Of a DNA stretch of 64,000 bases, positions 47,906-61,235 are shown one piece after another (the stretch's first letter is position 1; the number at the start of each line of letters is the position of its first letter). Both the position numbers and the translations under genes were made by a program. The stretch comes from Azolla caroliniana (taxonomy: Eukaryota > Plantae > Polypodiophyta), in NCBI GenBank assembly GCA_043228905.1, contig JBHGNT010000005.1:1364001-1428000 (forward strand), given 5' to 3'. The notes under the pieces were generated by a model. The model worked only from the letters and a program-made list of their open reading frames with translations. It was not told the DNA's origin and did no database searches.

Positions 47906-50520
47906 ATGGCTTCATTCAAGCTGACGAGAAATTCATCTTCATCATTGTCACGTTCACCAACTATTCAATCAGGTATTGACAGTTTATCATGTCTAGAAGA
48001 AGGGGTCATTTCTTCAGGAAGTAGTAGAATAGATCGAATCTGGCAAGAAGAGTTGGCTCGCAAACACTCAGCCGAAAGTTCGCTTCACATGCGAATGGAA
48101 AGCCCACATTCACATCGACATGGTATAGAAATCCATGAAGAAAATGTTAGTCCAGATCATGAAGGTGTTCGCCCAAATCATGAAAATGGGCGTCCAATTC
48201 ACATAGACGTCCACCCAAATCACAAAGATGGGCGCCTGAGTCGTGAAAATGGTCGTCCAAATCAAGAGAATTTCCGCCCGAATCATACCCGAATCATACC
48301 CATCTGGGTCCACACACAACGGTTCAAACCACGCATTTTGCTCCCTATTGTAGTTGTCATTATTTTCCCCTGTGTCTACTTCTACGCACATTCATCACCA
48401 CATCATGGACATAGTAACCATCTCCCTTTACCATTCGATGGTGATGGGTTTGACTACTTTGCCCTAGTTTTCTTTTTCAGCGCTGTTCTAATATCCATCC
48501 GAATTGCCTACCCTCGCCTCAATTTCATGTACAGAATCCGAAGCATGTTTAGCCAACAGCAAAGGCGTTGTTTCTCGATCTGGTGGTTGAAGCCAGTCAC
48601 AAGCTTTCTCGTTTCGGATAAGACTGACAAAAGAATGTATGAAAGGACATCGTCAGTGACGTGGACAATTGGGTCCAAGGGTACTGGTATTCGGGATGGA
48701 AAAATGAATGACAAGTTGAAGAATGCAAGGGAAGGTGTGCAAGTCTATAGCAATGGTGATGTGTATGAAGGAGAATTTCATCAAGGTCGGTGCTCAGGAA
48801 GTGGGGTGTATTACTTCTACATGAGTGGAAGATATGAAGGGGATTGGGTGGATGGAAAATATGATGGCTATGGAGTAGAGACATGGGCTCGGGGGAGTCG
48901 CTATCGGGGTCAATATAGGCAAGGATTGCGGGAAGGATACGGTGTGTATAGATTTTATACAGGAGATGTATTTTCTGGAGAGTGGTCCAATGGCCAAAGT
49001 CATGGATGCGGTGTTCAAACTTGCGAAGATGGAAGCCGTTATGTTGGTGAATTCAAATGGGGGGTAAAACATGGCCATGGTTACTACCATTTCAGGTAAG
49101 TTCCATGCTGGTTGTGCTATTTGTTTCTGATATGTCTAATTCATCCTTTCAAAGAACTTAGGTTGTGTAATGTTTTGAAATTTGATGAAGGTTCGTCTTA
49201 TTATTTCATAAGACTTTTGTGGTGAGAATGCTTTGAAGTTGCATCCTGAGAAGTTGGAAAAATCTAATGTTATTAGAAACCATTATCAGGAATGGTGACA
49301 CTTACGCTGGAGAGTACTTTGCGGACAAGATGCATGGGTATGGTGTGTATCAATTCTCGAATGGTCATCGATATGAGGGTGCATGGCATGAGGGAAAAAG
49401 GCGAGGACTGGGGATGTACACTTTTCGGAATGGTGAGATACAAGCAGGGTATTGGCATGCTGGAATGCTGCAGACACCAAGCACCCAAAATCCAGGGCAA
49501 GGTGCTGCCGTTGCTGTGAGCCACTCTAAGGTCTTGCATGCTGTACAGGTACAATTCAAGATCGCCTCATTTTTCTGTACATGTTTGTTGGTAGGTGTCA
49601 CATTATGTTCATGATTTTGATTTGGAATTTTGTTTTTGTCACAAAAATGCAGAACAGGTTTCGTAAAAGTAACTGAAGCATCATCATATATGATATGCAT
49701 TCTATGATATAGGATGTTTGAGTGCTATATATGATGCATGATGTATATGGTATGGATGGCATATTATATAATGTATGATATGATATGGAAGTAGCATTGT
49801 GTATAATGTGGAAGTGGGAACTTCATTTTTGAATAATGTTTCATTAGGGAGTTTCTTAGAATTTGTAGAAAATCTAGTGAGTGTTCTAATTACTGAAATT
49901 CAACGTGTCGGGAATTGTTAGTGAAAATTTTGATTTTTTGTACAAATTTTGATTTTTTCTAATACCTATAGGATCTAGATTTATATGTATTTGTGTGTGT
50001 ATATATGCATACACATACATACATATATGTATGTATGTGATGAATGTAGAGCTTCATTTAGCCATTTATAGTGGGGTTGTTCAAAATGCTTTTATTGATT
50101 GGTGAATGACAATCAAGAAGGTTGAAAGGGAAAAACCAAGATGAAAAAAAGAAGTTTGGAAAGATATTTGGATTAGTTAATTTGTCCACGTCACTGGATC
50201 GGAAGTGAGAGCTCCTTAAGGTGTTTTTTTGTTTGCTTGTGCATATCCTCTTGAAGTACACAAATGCGTGCAATGTTTTAATTTCTTCGTAGCATTTCCT
50301 ATGCTTATGGTAGCTTTTATTAGTTATGTCCTTTGCTTATGTGTGAATTCGTTGGGTTCAGGAGGCCCGACATGCAGCCAGTAAAGCATATGAGGTACCT
50401 CATGTTGATGACCGAGTAAATAAAGCAGTGGCTGCTGCGAATCGAGCAGCAAATGCTGCAAGGGTTGCCGCTGTCAAAGCTGTCCAAAGCAAGGTCTCTG
50501 GTCCAGCTTCTCCCCCTTAA
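47906..50520 (+). CDS. Membrane-anchored MORN-repeat protein (plant MRF1-like family), ~535 aa
   Basis: Exons 47906-49095, 49290-49548 and 50362-50520, phase-consistent. Two hydrophobic segments, seven MORN repeats (YEGEFHQGRCSGSG, YEGDWVDGKYDGYG, ...) and the conserved tail VNKAVAAANRAANAARVAAVKAVQ. Confidence 0.93.
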
Positions 50521-51526
50521 TCATATGGGTTGATTTTTTGTGTTACTTACTGTGGAGTCCCCTCCTCAAAAAGTCCTTCACAAATGAGAGACAAATGGCC
50601 TCTCACACATGTTTGCCAAAAAAAGCCTCTCTATATTCCATTCTGGGTATAAAGGTGCTTGTGAAATATAGTATAAGATGCGCCTCCTGATTGGCCTTTC
50701 ATTTCATCTTCATGAGATGGGTGCATTCCTCCAAGATGAGCGTTCAGTGCATCCCATTCCATCGGTAAAAAAGCAGGGAAAAAGTAATGTTTTCTCATGT
50801 TGCCATATCTTTTGATTGGTGGCATTTTAATTTGAAGTTTTGTAACATTATCATAGCTGGGTTTTTTGTTTTTTCTCTTGTAGATATTAAACAAAACTGA
50901 AAAAGAAAGTTTGCCAAAAACCCTTTGGCAGAGTTGGGGAATTTCTATGCATGTTTTCTTGAGTTGTGCCAAATCTTGTTAGGGAAATTTAGCATATATT
51001 GACTGGCGAAGAAAAGTAACGTGTAGTGATTTATGTGGTCTGACAATGGAAGACTGAGATTATATCATTCTTCACACTTTTATAGAATGTGAAATATAAC
51101 TCAAAATGCGGAGTCTGGTAGTCATTCTTGAGAAACCATCATTTTTGAAAATGATACCATCAATACCCATCATTTCCCTGTAAATTGATGTGGTACAAAT
51201 GTGAAATATAACACAAAATGCAGAGACTAGGAAGAAACCATCTTTTTTTTGAAAATGATACCATTGTTTCTCTGTAAATTATGGTCAAACGTATTCCTCA
51301 AGATCAATCATTCTAGCGTCTGGGATTTTTGATGGGTTTGTGCCATTTTAATGCCACGTGATAGTGCTGTAAAAAAAAATCAGGGAGCTGGATCTTATCT
51401 AGAAAGCTGAATGCCCCTGATCAATTCAGTTAGCTAGTTTTTGCCCATATAGTAATGTCTCATAATGCATTGTCGTCCAAATTGTTGGTTTCATCATCAA
51501 ACAGCTGCTTCTCACATAATTTCCTA

Positions 51527-51945
51527 ATGCATTTAGGATGCTCAGACCAATAGTGAAAATGGAATCTCAAAACTCTCTCCCATGTGCAACTAACAATTTT
51601 CTTGTTGAAATTTAATGGTTTATACGTGGTGGAAAAGATTAGGTTGATTTTCTTTGTAAGATCCAATAATACATATCCATATTTCATCATGCTCGTTAAT
51701 TGATGATGCATTTAGGATGCTCAGACCAATAGTGAAAGTGTAATCTCAAAACTCTCTCCCATGTGCAACTAACAATTTTCTTGTTGAAATTTTATGGTTT
51801 ATATGTGGTGGAAAAGATTAGGTTGATTTTCTTTGTAAGATCCAATAGTACATATCCATATTTGACAATGTAATATGATAGGAAGGGTTGTAAGATTTAA
51901 TAATACATATCCATATTTGACAATGTAATATGATAGGAAGGGTTG
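51527..51945. repeat. Local tandem duplications (179-bp period x2, then a ~42-bp segment x2)
   Basis: atgcatttaggatgctcagaccaatagtg... at 51527 and 51706; tacatatccatatttgacaatgtaatatgataggaagggttg twice. Confidence 0.9.
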
Positions 51946-52827
51946 GTTTCATGGGCTTAATACAATTTAAAGGAATAATAGCCACTCTCCCACTTCCATT
52001 TAAAAATTTAGCCTTCATGCTTATAATCTTTACTTGTTTTGGAGCTTATATCCTACATGAATGGTGCAAGCATTAAAAATATATTGCATGCAAAGAGTTG
52101 CATATTCAAACAATGCAAATATTTGCGAATATGATAATTAGTTATTTGGTAGTTATTTGTGTTTAGTTTTGTTATTGTTGTCCTTTACATTGCGTGCTAT
52201 TGGAAAATATTCGATGTATGAGATCAACGAAGCTATATTCTCTTGAAGATGTTAGCATGCTGATTCTTGTGGATTCATACACGTGTTTATGTCTATTCTT
52301 TGTTATGCTTTGAATGATTCCCTAAACGCATATTGATACTTGTACTTCATTTGATTTCTTTTGCAATCCTAGGGTTTTGGGGGATCAACCAAACTCTCAT
52401 TGAGCCCAAAACTTATCTAGAAGAATCCTTTCCATGCTTTGGCTAATTTTTGGAAAGACAAATATAAGATGGCCTTGATTCACGGTTCCGTCTTAACTCT
52501 ATGGATGTCAATTCATTCCAATTAGTTTTCAAAGCACTCTATTTTAGAGATTTATATGATATACAAAATATGATATTATGATCACAATGCACATTCACTT
52601 CTATGATTTAGTATTGTTCATGAAAGCTCGAATTCTAATTATTTCTAAAAAATGATACCAAATTATGTGTTTGTTTTCGACAACGGATCATAAGTACATG
52701 GTATCATTATGTAATAAAATACAAAGTATGCAATGAAAAAAGTTAATTCATCTCATCATGTCTCCATCCCAAAACCACAACAGGTATAACTGAAAAAATG
52801 TTTTATTTTATCTCCACATCAATTGTA

Positions 52828-53178
52828 AGATCCTGATTTGTTAATGAGAGAGAACTTAAATTTCAATTAGTTGGATGAGTTATTGACAATTATCCAAAAT
52901 GATCCATGATTTGTTAATGAGAACTTAAATTTCAATTGGTTGGATGAGTTATAGACAATTATCCAAAATGATCCATGATTTGTTAATGAGAACTTAAATT
53001 TCAATTGGTTGGATGAGTTGTAGACAATTATACAAAATGATCCATGATTTGTTAACGAGAACTTAAATTTCAATTGGTTGAATGCGTTGTAGACAATTAT
53101 ACAAAATGATCCATGATTTGCTAACGTGAACTTAAATTTCAATTGCTTGGATGAGTTGTAGACAATCATACAAAACTC
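52828..53178. repeat. Minisatellite, 69-bp unit x ~5
   Basis: Unit gatccatgatttgttaatgagaacttaaatttcaattggttggatgagttatagacaattatccaaaat. Confidence 0.92.
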
Positions 53179-56100
53179 ATGTGTACAAACACATTTGTTG
53201 TTGTTATTATTATTATTGAGGGCAATAATCATATTTTTTTTATAGGTAGATGCTAATCTCTGATATAGTTTACATGATACTTGAATCAAGTTCTACAATT
53301 ATTTGTATGGACATCTCAAGCTATCAAGTTGAGCTATAAAAGTCAATGATGATAATCCAACATTCATGTCAATATCGTGAATGATTGGGCAAAATACATC
53401 ATTATTTACAAAGTATGCAAATAAACCTTCAATGCATCATCAATTCATTACATTTGGTGAGAAATTTTGCTTGGATTAAGTACACAGTGTATGGAATGTG
53501 AATGTACATCAATAAGAGGATATTATGTTATGCATTTCATGTATATCCCTAACTTTATGTCCACTAAATTGACATTTTCATATTCACGTCTTCTTGGAAA
53601 GTTCTCATAAACATTGAGCCATAACGTTCAAGAATAATCCACTCTTAAACTTTCATTGAAACAAGTCCCACCATTTCCTTCGATTTCTTGTTGAACATGA
53701 AATAAACCTTCTTTGACACGGTGTTGTACATTCACATGTCTTGCATTTTGGTATTGGGCAGAAGACCCTTTAAAAATTTAGGTGGGTTTTTGCTTAATAA
53801 GAAAAAGGCATATCTAGACTTTGAGAGTGAGTAAGCTAATTCTATTTGATTCTTCTCAAGGTATCACTATTACAATTTTTCTTGTCATCTTTAGTAAATG
53901 CTTAATTCTTCACATACTATTTCTCATGGTGTCCTGCTTTCTTTGGGTACAAAGGTGATGATGTGCTCTAGAGGATGTTTACAATACTATACTTGATAAA
54001 ATTATGGCCATCCTTATTTTATGGTTGGAAAAAATTACATTGGAAAAATTGTACTGTGAAATGAATAGAGATACATGCTCTTTTTTCCTTCACACCCATG
54101 CAACATTTGTGTTGACATGCTCCACTACCTTCATATTTTTCGTGATTTCATATAAATGCCTGGTGTGTTGTCTACCATGCATGTTATGTTGGTTCAATTA
54201 AGCATGACGTGTTTCATATCAGTTACAGATCAATTATGTATGTTTTATATACTTGTTGAAAGAAATTAGGAAGGCATGCTCTTCGTATTCCAAGTTTGAA
54301 ATTTAGTCTTTTTTGTCAAGAAATGAAAACCTAGAATCTAGAAGGCCAAAACATTATAAATCCTTTTATTTTTCTCAAAGTGTGATCGTGTGGAAGGATG
54401 GATGGTGTAAGACTTGCTAACTAATTTATAAACATAGTATGATACTTAAAAGATGCATTAAATGTGCCAAAAAAAAAACTTTGTTCTAGCAAAACATTTT
54501 CTTATGGCTTTGCATATACGATGGAGTAGCGGTCACTTCGCGGTCACTTCCAAGGTGATAACATTTGCTTATTTGGTGTTGTTTTAGAAAGGTGAACGAT
54601 ATAGTTGAGTAGGCTCTTCTTCAATTCGAGTTCTTTCAATTTGTACATGCAATTAAAAGCTTAAAATTTGACCATCGACCTACCAAGGTAATGAAACCGT
54701 TACTTTTTCATAATGTCTTATTTAGCGTATGGGTTATTCAAATTAGGATCATGCAATAGATATTCATCAAAATAACTATGTGGCCATAGGGAGTATTACT
54801 CAAGTTTGCTAAACATTTTGAGGGTAAAACCATTCTAAGAGGCAAGCTTGATATAAACTTCCAAGTTAATGGATTAGCTAGAATATGAGGTTATACGTAG
54901 ATAAATGGAAAAACTTCCAAGCCTAGTATACACTTCCTAGTATCAATATGAATATAAGGTAATACATCTCACACTAATACAAGAATGGACAAGAAGAGAA
55001 TGTATATCTAATCATTCTGCATATGCAAAAGTAATCAATAGAAGTTTCTCACTATTAGTGTATGAAATCACCATATACCATTTGAGCGGCTATGTGCTGT
55101 TTTATTTAGATCATAGTAGAATGATCTAATTACAACATCGTTCTTTTACATATTGTTTTACCAATTTATTTAGTTGCCCAAATGTTCACAAATTCAATTC
55201 CAAGCATACATTCTCCAACCCCCTCGTGTTTGTCTAACTCATGAATGCCTAAACTAATAGTTTCTCTTAGTTTTCCATGTTGAGCAAAATAGAACAATAG
55301 AAAGGCTTTATCATGCTCATTCACTATACATGTGTTTCACAAGGAGACAATTGACCATACTACAACTTCCTCATCTTAAATTTGGAATACGCTAAAGATG
55401 TTTGTTTTGTTTTCATTCATAATGTTGTAGCCGTGCAAACCATAAACGTTTAATGATGCATCTAGTTCATGACTCAATTATAAAAATGATTCAAGAAGAC
55501 ATAGTGGAAGGAATCACAAAAACTTCGTAATTTTCTAGAAACAAACAAAGCACATTGGTTTTTTTAGTATAATAAGCCTTGTGAAGTATTCCAATATTAT
55601 ACGCCTTGACCACGTTTAAGTAGTAGTGATTTGTATCACGTCAAGCAAACCATGATATTATGTCATGTCAATTAAAAATTACTTTGCAGTCCCAAGGGAT
55701 TTCTTCACTTGCCTCTTGAGTTATACTACTTGTAGAAACATTATATCTTTGAATAAGGAATATTTGAGCTAGTTGTATAAATAACTGCAATAAAAGTTAT
55801 TTAAGTTGTAATCCAATGGTACCTGAGATCATATTCCCTCAAAAAGCAGCAATAATAAATACATATAAATATCTTTACTCTTGGGAGGAGTCCATAGTCT
55901 AAGACCAAAAGATTTAACCCATATTATATCCTTCTCAACCCAAAATATTCAAGCATATGGGTGACTTTACAAAATCTCCAATGCATTGTGTCAACAATGA
56001 CTAGAATTCAAATTGTGTTCTAATAAGGGATCTTGGAGTTGGCATTGTGATATTTTAGCTCAATATTAATAGACCAATCACATGATGCAACACCATACAC

Positions 56101-56925
56101 TTCATTACAAATAAGAATAGCACATGTGAGACTAAGGCCCATGGGGGAATATGTAGACAATCACTACAACTAGTAACAAGGGAGGGAGCAAGGGAACACC
56201 ATCACTAAGCTCTACCCCTAATTCATGTCACATAGTATTTAGTTGGAGCTCTAATATTCTATATGAAATAGCCTAGGTATCAAAACCCAAGCTACATACT
56301 TATTCACATGAATCAGTTTGGTCAATGAAATTCACAAGTCACCTCCAAACAACCAGCATAATTTAGAAAATTCCCTCCCCTATAGTTTTCCCAAGTATGG
56401 TTCATCAATCTAATATTGTTCCCGCATGTTCCATATTTCTCAACATCACGTCATTGTTGCTACAAATACAAATTAGCAATCACACCAGGCAGTGAGTGAT
56501 ATAGTGCATCAAAATGTTTTATAAGCTTGCTTTTCAATGTCCATACAACCTTTAGCTTTTTTGCCATCCTCCCCCGCTTTTGCCATTTGTAACAAAGTTA
56601 GAACTTCAGACAAAAAATAAAACCTCGAATGGATGAGTGTGACATAGATTAATACTTTCAAGTAAATGAAAGACAAAGAAAAGCATGGACAAAATCAAGT
56701 AAAGGCTTTTACTTTTAGGGCCAGGCATTGTGACAAAGCTCTTGTGAACTAGATTTATATTGCTTGAAAATCGAGTGTAAACTGTCATTTTGAGTAGTAT
56801 CCTTAACATTTTGAGAGCATATAGAATTTGTCAAAGATAATCTCACAATATATTTTACAAAAGATGTCAAGAGTTCGTAAAAAATCCAATTACAGTTTCC
56901 ATATAAATAAGGGTTTCCAGCCCTT

Positions 56926-59900
56926 TCATTCCTGTTTTGGTAAAATTACTGTAGGCATGGTCATACCACCCGACACGACAATCTCTGTCAACAAAAAAAA
57001 ATGCCATACGAGTCAAGCTATGTTCCAACAAGAACAAATAGCATGGAACTGGATCAAAATATATCACAAGATACAATGAAATCACATCTGCTGGTGGTAA
57101 CCTACCGATGCCCTCACGAACTGAGATGTTTGGGCGGATGATGTCCTTCGAGCTTACAAGGAAAATGTCCCCGAGATACAGATGATTTGTTGGTATATAC
57201 ACACTACACAATTCTTCTTCACTTGTTGCTGTCTACACAACATAGAAATTGTGCTGGGGATGAAACAATGTGGAAAAAAAAGGACTTGGATCGGACAGAG
57301 AACACGATAGATATAGATAATGATGCCTTACCTGAAGTGTAAGAGATGACGTGATGAAACCAAACACATACTCCCCAGCACGCGGATGGCGGATTATTGC
57401 AACTTCTTTGAAGGCCCTTGAATTTTGATCTGTGTTAACAACAAATAGATTAAATAGAAATAATTATATGCTAAATATTCTTGAGTCCTCATGCACTAAG
57501 GAATGGGAAGAACACAAGAAATACCGCTAACTTTTTGGATATTTCCAGAAGAACCAGACCTGGTTTGCAAAATACCCTGTTGTAGTAGTACTACATTCTC
57601 AAGAGCCCAGGGATATTCTGTTAGATTTTCTGAAGGGACTGAGAGGTACACAGGTAAACATTTCAAAAAGATGGAAGGATATTCAGACAATATCCAAAAA
57701 GTTAAGAGGTAGTTTTTGGTGTGTTCTCCCAAAAGAAGTTTTTTGCTACATTTTTATTACCTGGTGAAATGGCAGCACTAATTTGCTTAGACGCAGAGTA
57801 GATATGTCGAACCAATGGCATCTTTCTGATAAACCACTCACCAATGGAAAGAATTGATGCTCCCATCCATGAAGAGAAAAAGATCCCAACAACAAATATA
57901 AAGATGATCGATGTAACAAAACCTAAGCCTTTCCAAACCGACACAACACCAGGGCATTAACACCATAACCAATAGCAGAATATTCAATATACTAAGATTA
58001 ACTACTTTTAAGGTGAATGAGTCACTCCTCTCAAATATTCATGCCTCCGAAATAGACTATTTAAGCTCAATATTTCAACATCAAATTGGAAATTTTTCAC
58101 AATTAATCTCTACCAATTTACAAGATAGTTTACCCTTGTTGCAACTAAAGAGTTAATTAATCTTAAAGTATCCTGTGTGTTTCTTAGATAAACCATGAAT
58201 ATATTTTGATATGCATGTAAATCTTGAAAAGGCATTACAAATATAAGAAATAAGCATATATTTCGTTATTAGTTTAGTTTTGTAGAAATGAAAGCCATTT
58301 CTGACATGCACTTCTTATATGCTGAAGTAATGATGCCTCTCGAGTCTCAAAATGGCTTTGAACCTCTATTTTGATTATGTTTTTTTTGTCAATGCACTTT
58401 GTTACATCTTACCAAGCCCATGTTTTCTCTATAGAGAAAATATTTTCAATGTTCTGATTTTGTATGCCCCTAATTCATGTAAAATTCTAAAGCAAAGTAA
58501 TTGAAAAAGAGTTTTATTCTTTCTTAAATGATGAAGTATTTTGAAGGTCTAATATCAAACTATTTACCAAATATATGTATCCCAAGCTGTGCATAGAGAG
58601 GTGAGAAGAACCCATCCACAAACTTTACAAACCACCAAGTTATATAGAAAGTGATTGTGATAGGAAGCAGGATCACACTGCAAGAAACGTCAGCTTTTTA
58701 ATCAAGAGAGATATTGAAACTATAAAAAGTGTGACGTTGATTTATTTATTTTTATCTGTTGATTGTCTTACCATCCACTCATGAATTTCTTTGAGGCCCA
58801 GCTTCGAAGCACACCATGAAATGCCTAGAAAAACATAACACGGTATCTTTAGAGAAGCATGGGGGGAATGCACGTTATCTATAAAAATAAAAATTCGTTT
58901 GCGCAATTAACTCAATTGATTAAACCTTATAAGAAATCTGGATGATGATGGCAAGAATAAAATCACCTTCCCTGCCACATGGGAAATTGGATTTGAAGAA
59001 TATCTGGATGTCCATATAGAGGAAAAGAAAGGGGCAGGAGAATATGACTCAATGTATTCAGCTAAATTGAAAGCCCTCCACATGAAATGGAGAAAATCCC
59101 CACATTGAACTAAGTTTCAGCACTATTGGAGAAGTTACCAAGGGCAGTTAGGTGATATCGAAGAGAGCAAGATGTGCAATCATGCTGATGTGCACATGCT
59201 CACACACATGAATATACGAACTGGGCGTTGTCTGAATATTGACCCCGAGAAAGATAGTATGAACGAGAACATGTCACCATACAATTACCTCATATATGAT
59301 GACATCGGGCATGATTTTCTGGAGTTTCTATAACTGGCAGATCCAAACAATAAAATTCAGAAACTACACGATGCTCTCAACGAAACAGGAATTTTCTTGG
59401 GGGATATTGGCAAGATGCAATTACCAGCGGAGGAGACAACATTGAAAGACCTGCGGAATGACGTGTGGTCTCCTATGCTGCACACTAGCATCAAATCCTG
59501 GCCATGTCCCAGCTAAGGGGAAGGAGAAACTTGCTTTCTACAGGCAAAGAAAAGCAATGTTAGGGGAGAGACACAAATTGGAATTTACCAGCTGAGGAGC
59601 CACCATGAGGAATGCTGACCAGGAATGACAAAGGAGAGAGCGAGTGCCGGGATACAAGGCAGCACACAGGCCATACCAGCACGAGGATCATTGCTGGCCA
59701 TCTCCATGCAGACTGAGAATACCCAAATACAGTTGGTGTAATTTTTCCTTGCCTAATTCACCAGACCGACCGAGATCCAACATGGTGTCCTCTCACCATC
59801 ACTCATCCCGTACATAGTAGGTATGCACTTTGTGCATGTAAAACCATCTCAAGGAAGTCATTACCAATTGTGAAGTCACCTCGTGCATGAAAAAATCATT

Positions 59901-60731
59901 ATTATGGATCTTCCAAAATGCCTGGTTTTTTTAATACTGCGAGAATTATTCACCTTGACAATCTCCGATAATTCTAGGGGTATCCAAAATCCAAATGGAT
60001 GGATTTCTATCGTCCCAATCACTTTAGACCACAATTCTAAAGTTGTCAAAGAATTTAATATGAGATGAAAGCAAAAACAGATTAACATCCATATACTACA
60101 CATTTCAGCATGATCTTAGGCCTGACTCACCCTCCATGGACCGAACTTGCAACCCCATGTCCCACCAAAGGAGGCTACACGTCACATGTCTGGATAGGAT
60201 ATATGGTCTCTGACCTAAAGGCTGCCATATCTGTGGTCATGCTTTGAGTCGGAAGGCACAAATATATCTTTCTTTTCTTTTCCTTCTTCTTCTATTGGTA
60301 ATGTGCGTTCTTTTATACGATCAAATTACCTCTCTCTAACAAGATCTCTTGAAAACAAATAACTAAATTAATTCTAAAAAAATTTAATAAGAAATTATAA
60401 TGAAACTTAAAATTCTAAAAATAATAAACTAATGATAAATCAATCAATCTGATAAGATAGATAATAAATGAGTAGAGCCAGTAAATCAAACTAGATAAAT
60501 TAATTTGTAAATAATCAATGATAAAAACTAAAATTGAAGTTTTTGGGATAAAAAAACTAAAATTGAGAAAGTAAATTAATGGTAACTAACAGAAACAAAA
60601 TACATATAACTAACCTCCTGGCTGGAATAAGGATCGGAGCTTGACGACTTGTTGGGGTCATGGGGGTCTTGAGGAACAGGGAGGAGGTGTTCTCTGTCTG
60701 TGGTAGTGAGTCTGGATCCATCATCACCCAT
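56926..60731 (-). CDS. COV1/LIKE-COV (DUF502) Golgi/TGN membrane protein, 243 aa
   Basis: Exons 60731-60615, 58824-58772, 58677-58568, 57928-57761, 57429-57332, 57232-57106 and 56984-56926, all GT-AG and phase-consistent. Motifs: WASKKFMSGCVILLP, FVDGFFSP, GEWFIRKMPLVRHIYSASKQIS, AFKEVAIIRHPR, YIPTNHLYLGD, SVREGIEIVVSGGM. Confidence 0.95.
57505..57730. mobile_element. MITE-like fold-back element in LCV intron 4
   Basis: ~40-bp imperfect TIRs gggaagaacac..taactttttggatatt / aatatccaaaaagtta..gtgttctccc. No TSD found. Confidence 0.6.
58920..59516 (+). pseudogene. Unidentified decayed reading frame, antisense within LCV intron 1
   Basis: 198 codons in one frame with only two internal stops (TGA at 59106, TAA at 59331). 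Confidence 0.5.
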
Positions 60732-60748
60732 CCCTCTCTCCCGAATTC

Positions 60749-60786
<38 letters not shown>

Positions 60787-60871
60787 CGTCTCTCTCTTTC
60801 CGCTTACTAATAACTTGAAGGAACAGCTTGTTTGTGTATAGCTAGAGAAACAGAGCATCTCTCCATAGCTG

Positions 60872-60906
<35 letters not shown>

Positions 60907-60990
60907 CTACACGTTTCGAAGCCTTTTTTCTTCCAGATTACCTCTCAACGACTCGATGTGTCACTGTACGTTTCATTCTAAGAAGGCGCG

Positions 60991-61033
<43 letters not shown>

Positions 61034-61035
<2 letters not shown>

Positions 61036-61145
61036 GAGAAATTGGTAAGGTTGCCCAATGGACACTAGATGGTCGTGGGTTCAACCCCTACATTCCACAG
61101 TCATGGCATCTACTGAAATAAGAGATATCTATGGAATAAGTAAGA
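61034..61145 (+). mobile_element. tRNA-like SINE candidate
   Basis: D-loop-like aattggtaagg and B-box GGTTCAACCCC (61078-61088), bounded by (GA)n. Confidence 0.4.
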
Positions 61146-61151
61146 GAGAGA

Positions 61152-61235
61152 TGAGAAAATTGGGGGGTTTTGAACCAAACCTAAAATGTATTGCTAATAG
61201 TGTAAATGTTTTACCATTAGGGTAAGCTAATTATG
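61152..61235 (-). mobile_element. tRNA-like SINE (more complete copy of the family at 22681)
   Basis: A-box-like TACCCTAATGG (61224-61214) and B-box GGTTCAAAACC (61176-61166), 37 nt apart. GA/CT repeats on both sides; second copy in this window. Confidence 0.6.

Noticed and set aside
52828-53289. CRISPR-like array or 140-aa repeat protein
   Set aside because: Head-to-tail 69-bp units with no unique spacers, in a eukaryote. The ORF exists because the unit length is divisible by three.
60125-60240. Possible cassette exon in LCV intron 1 (strong minus-strand donor GG|GTGAGT at 60130)
   Set aside because: No unambiguous acceptor and no transcript evidence; the protein is complete without it.
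3256-60731. Functional or biosynthetic gene cluster
   Set aside because: The six genes have unrelated functions and there is only one enzyme.
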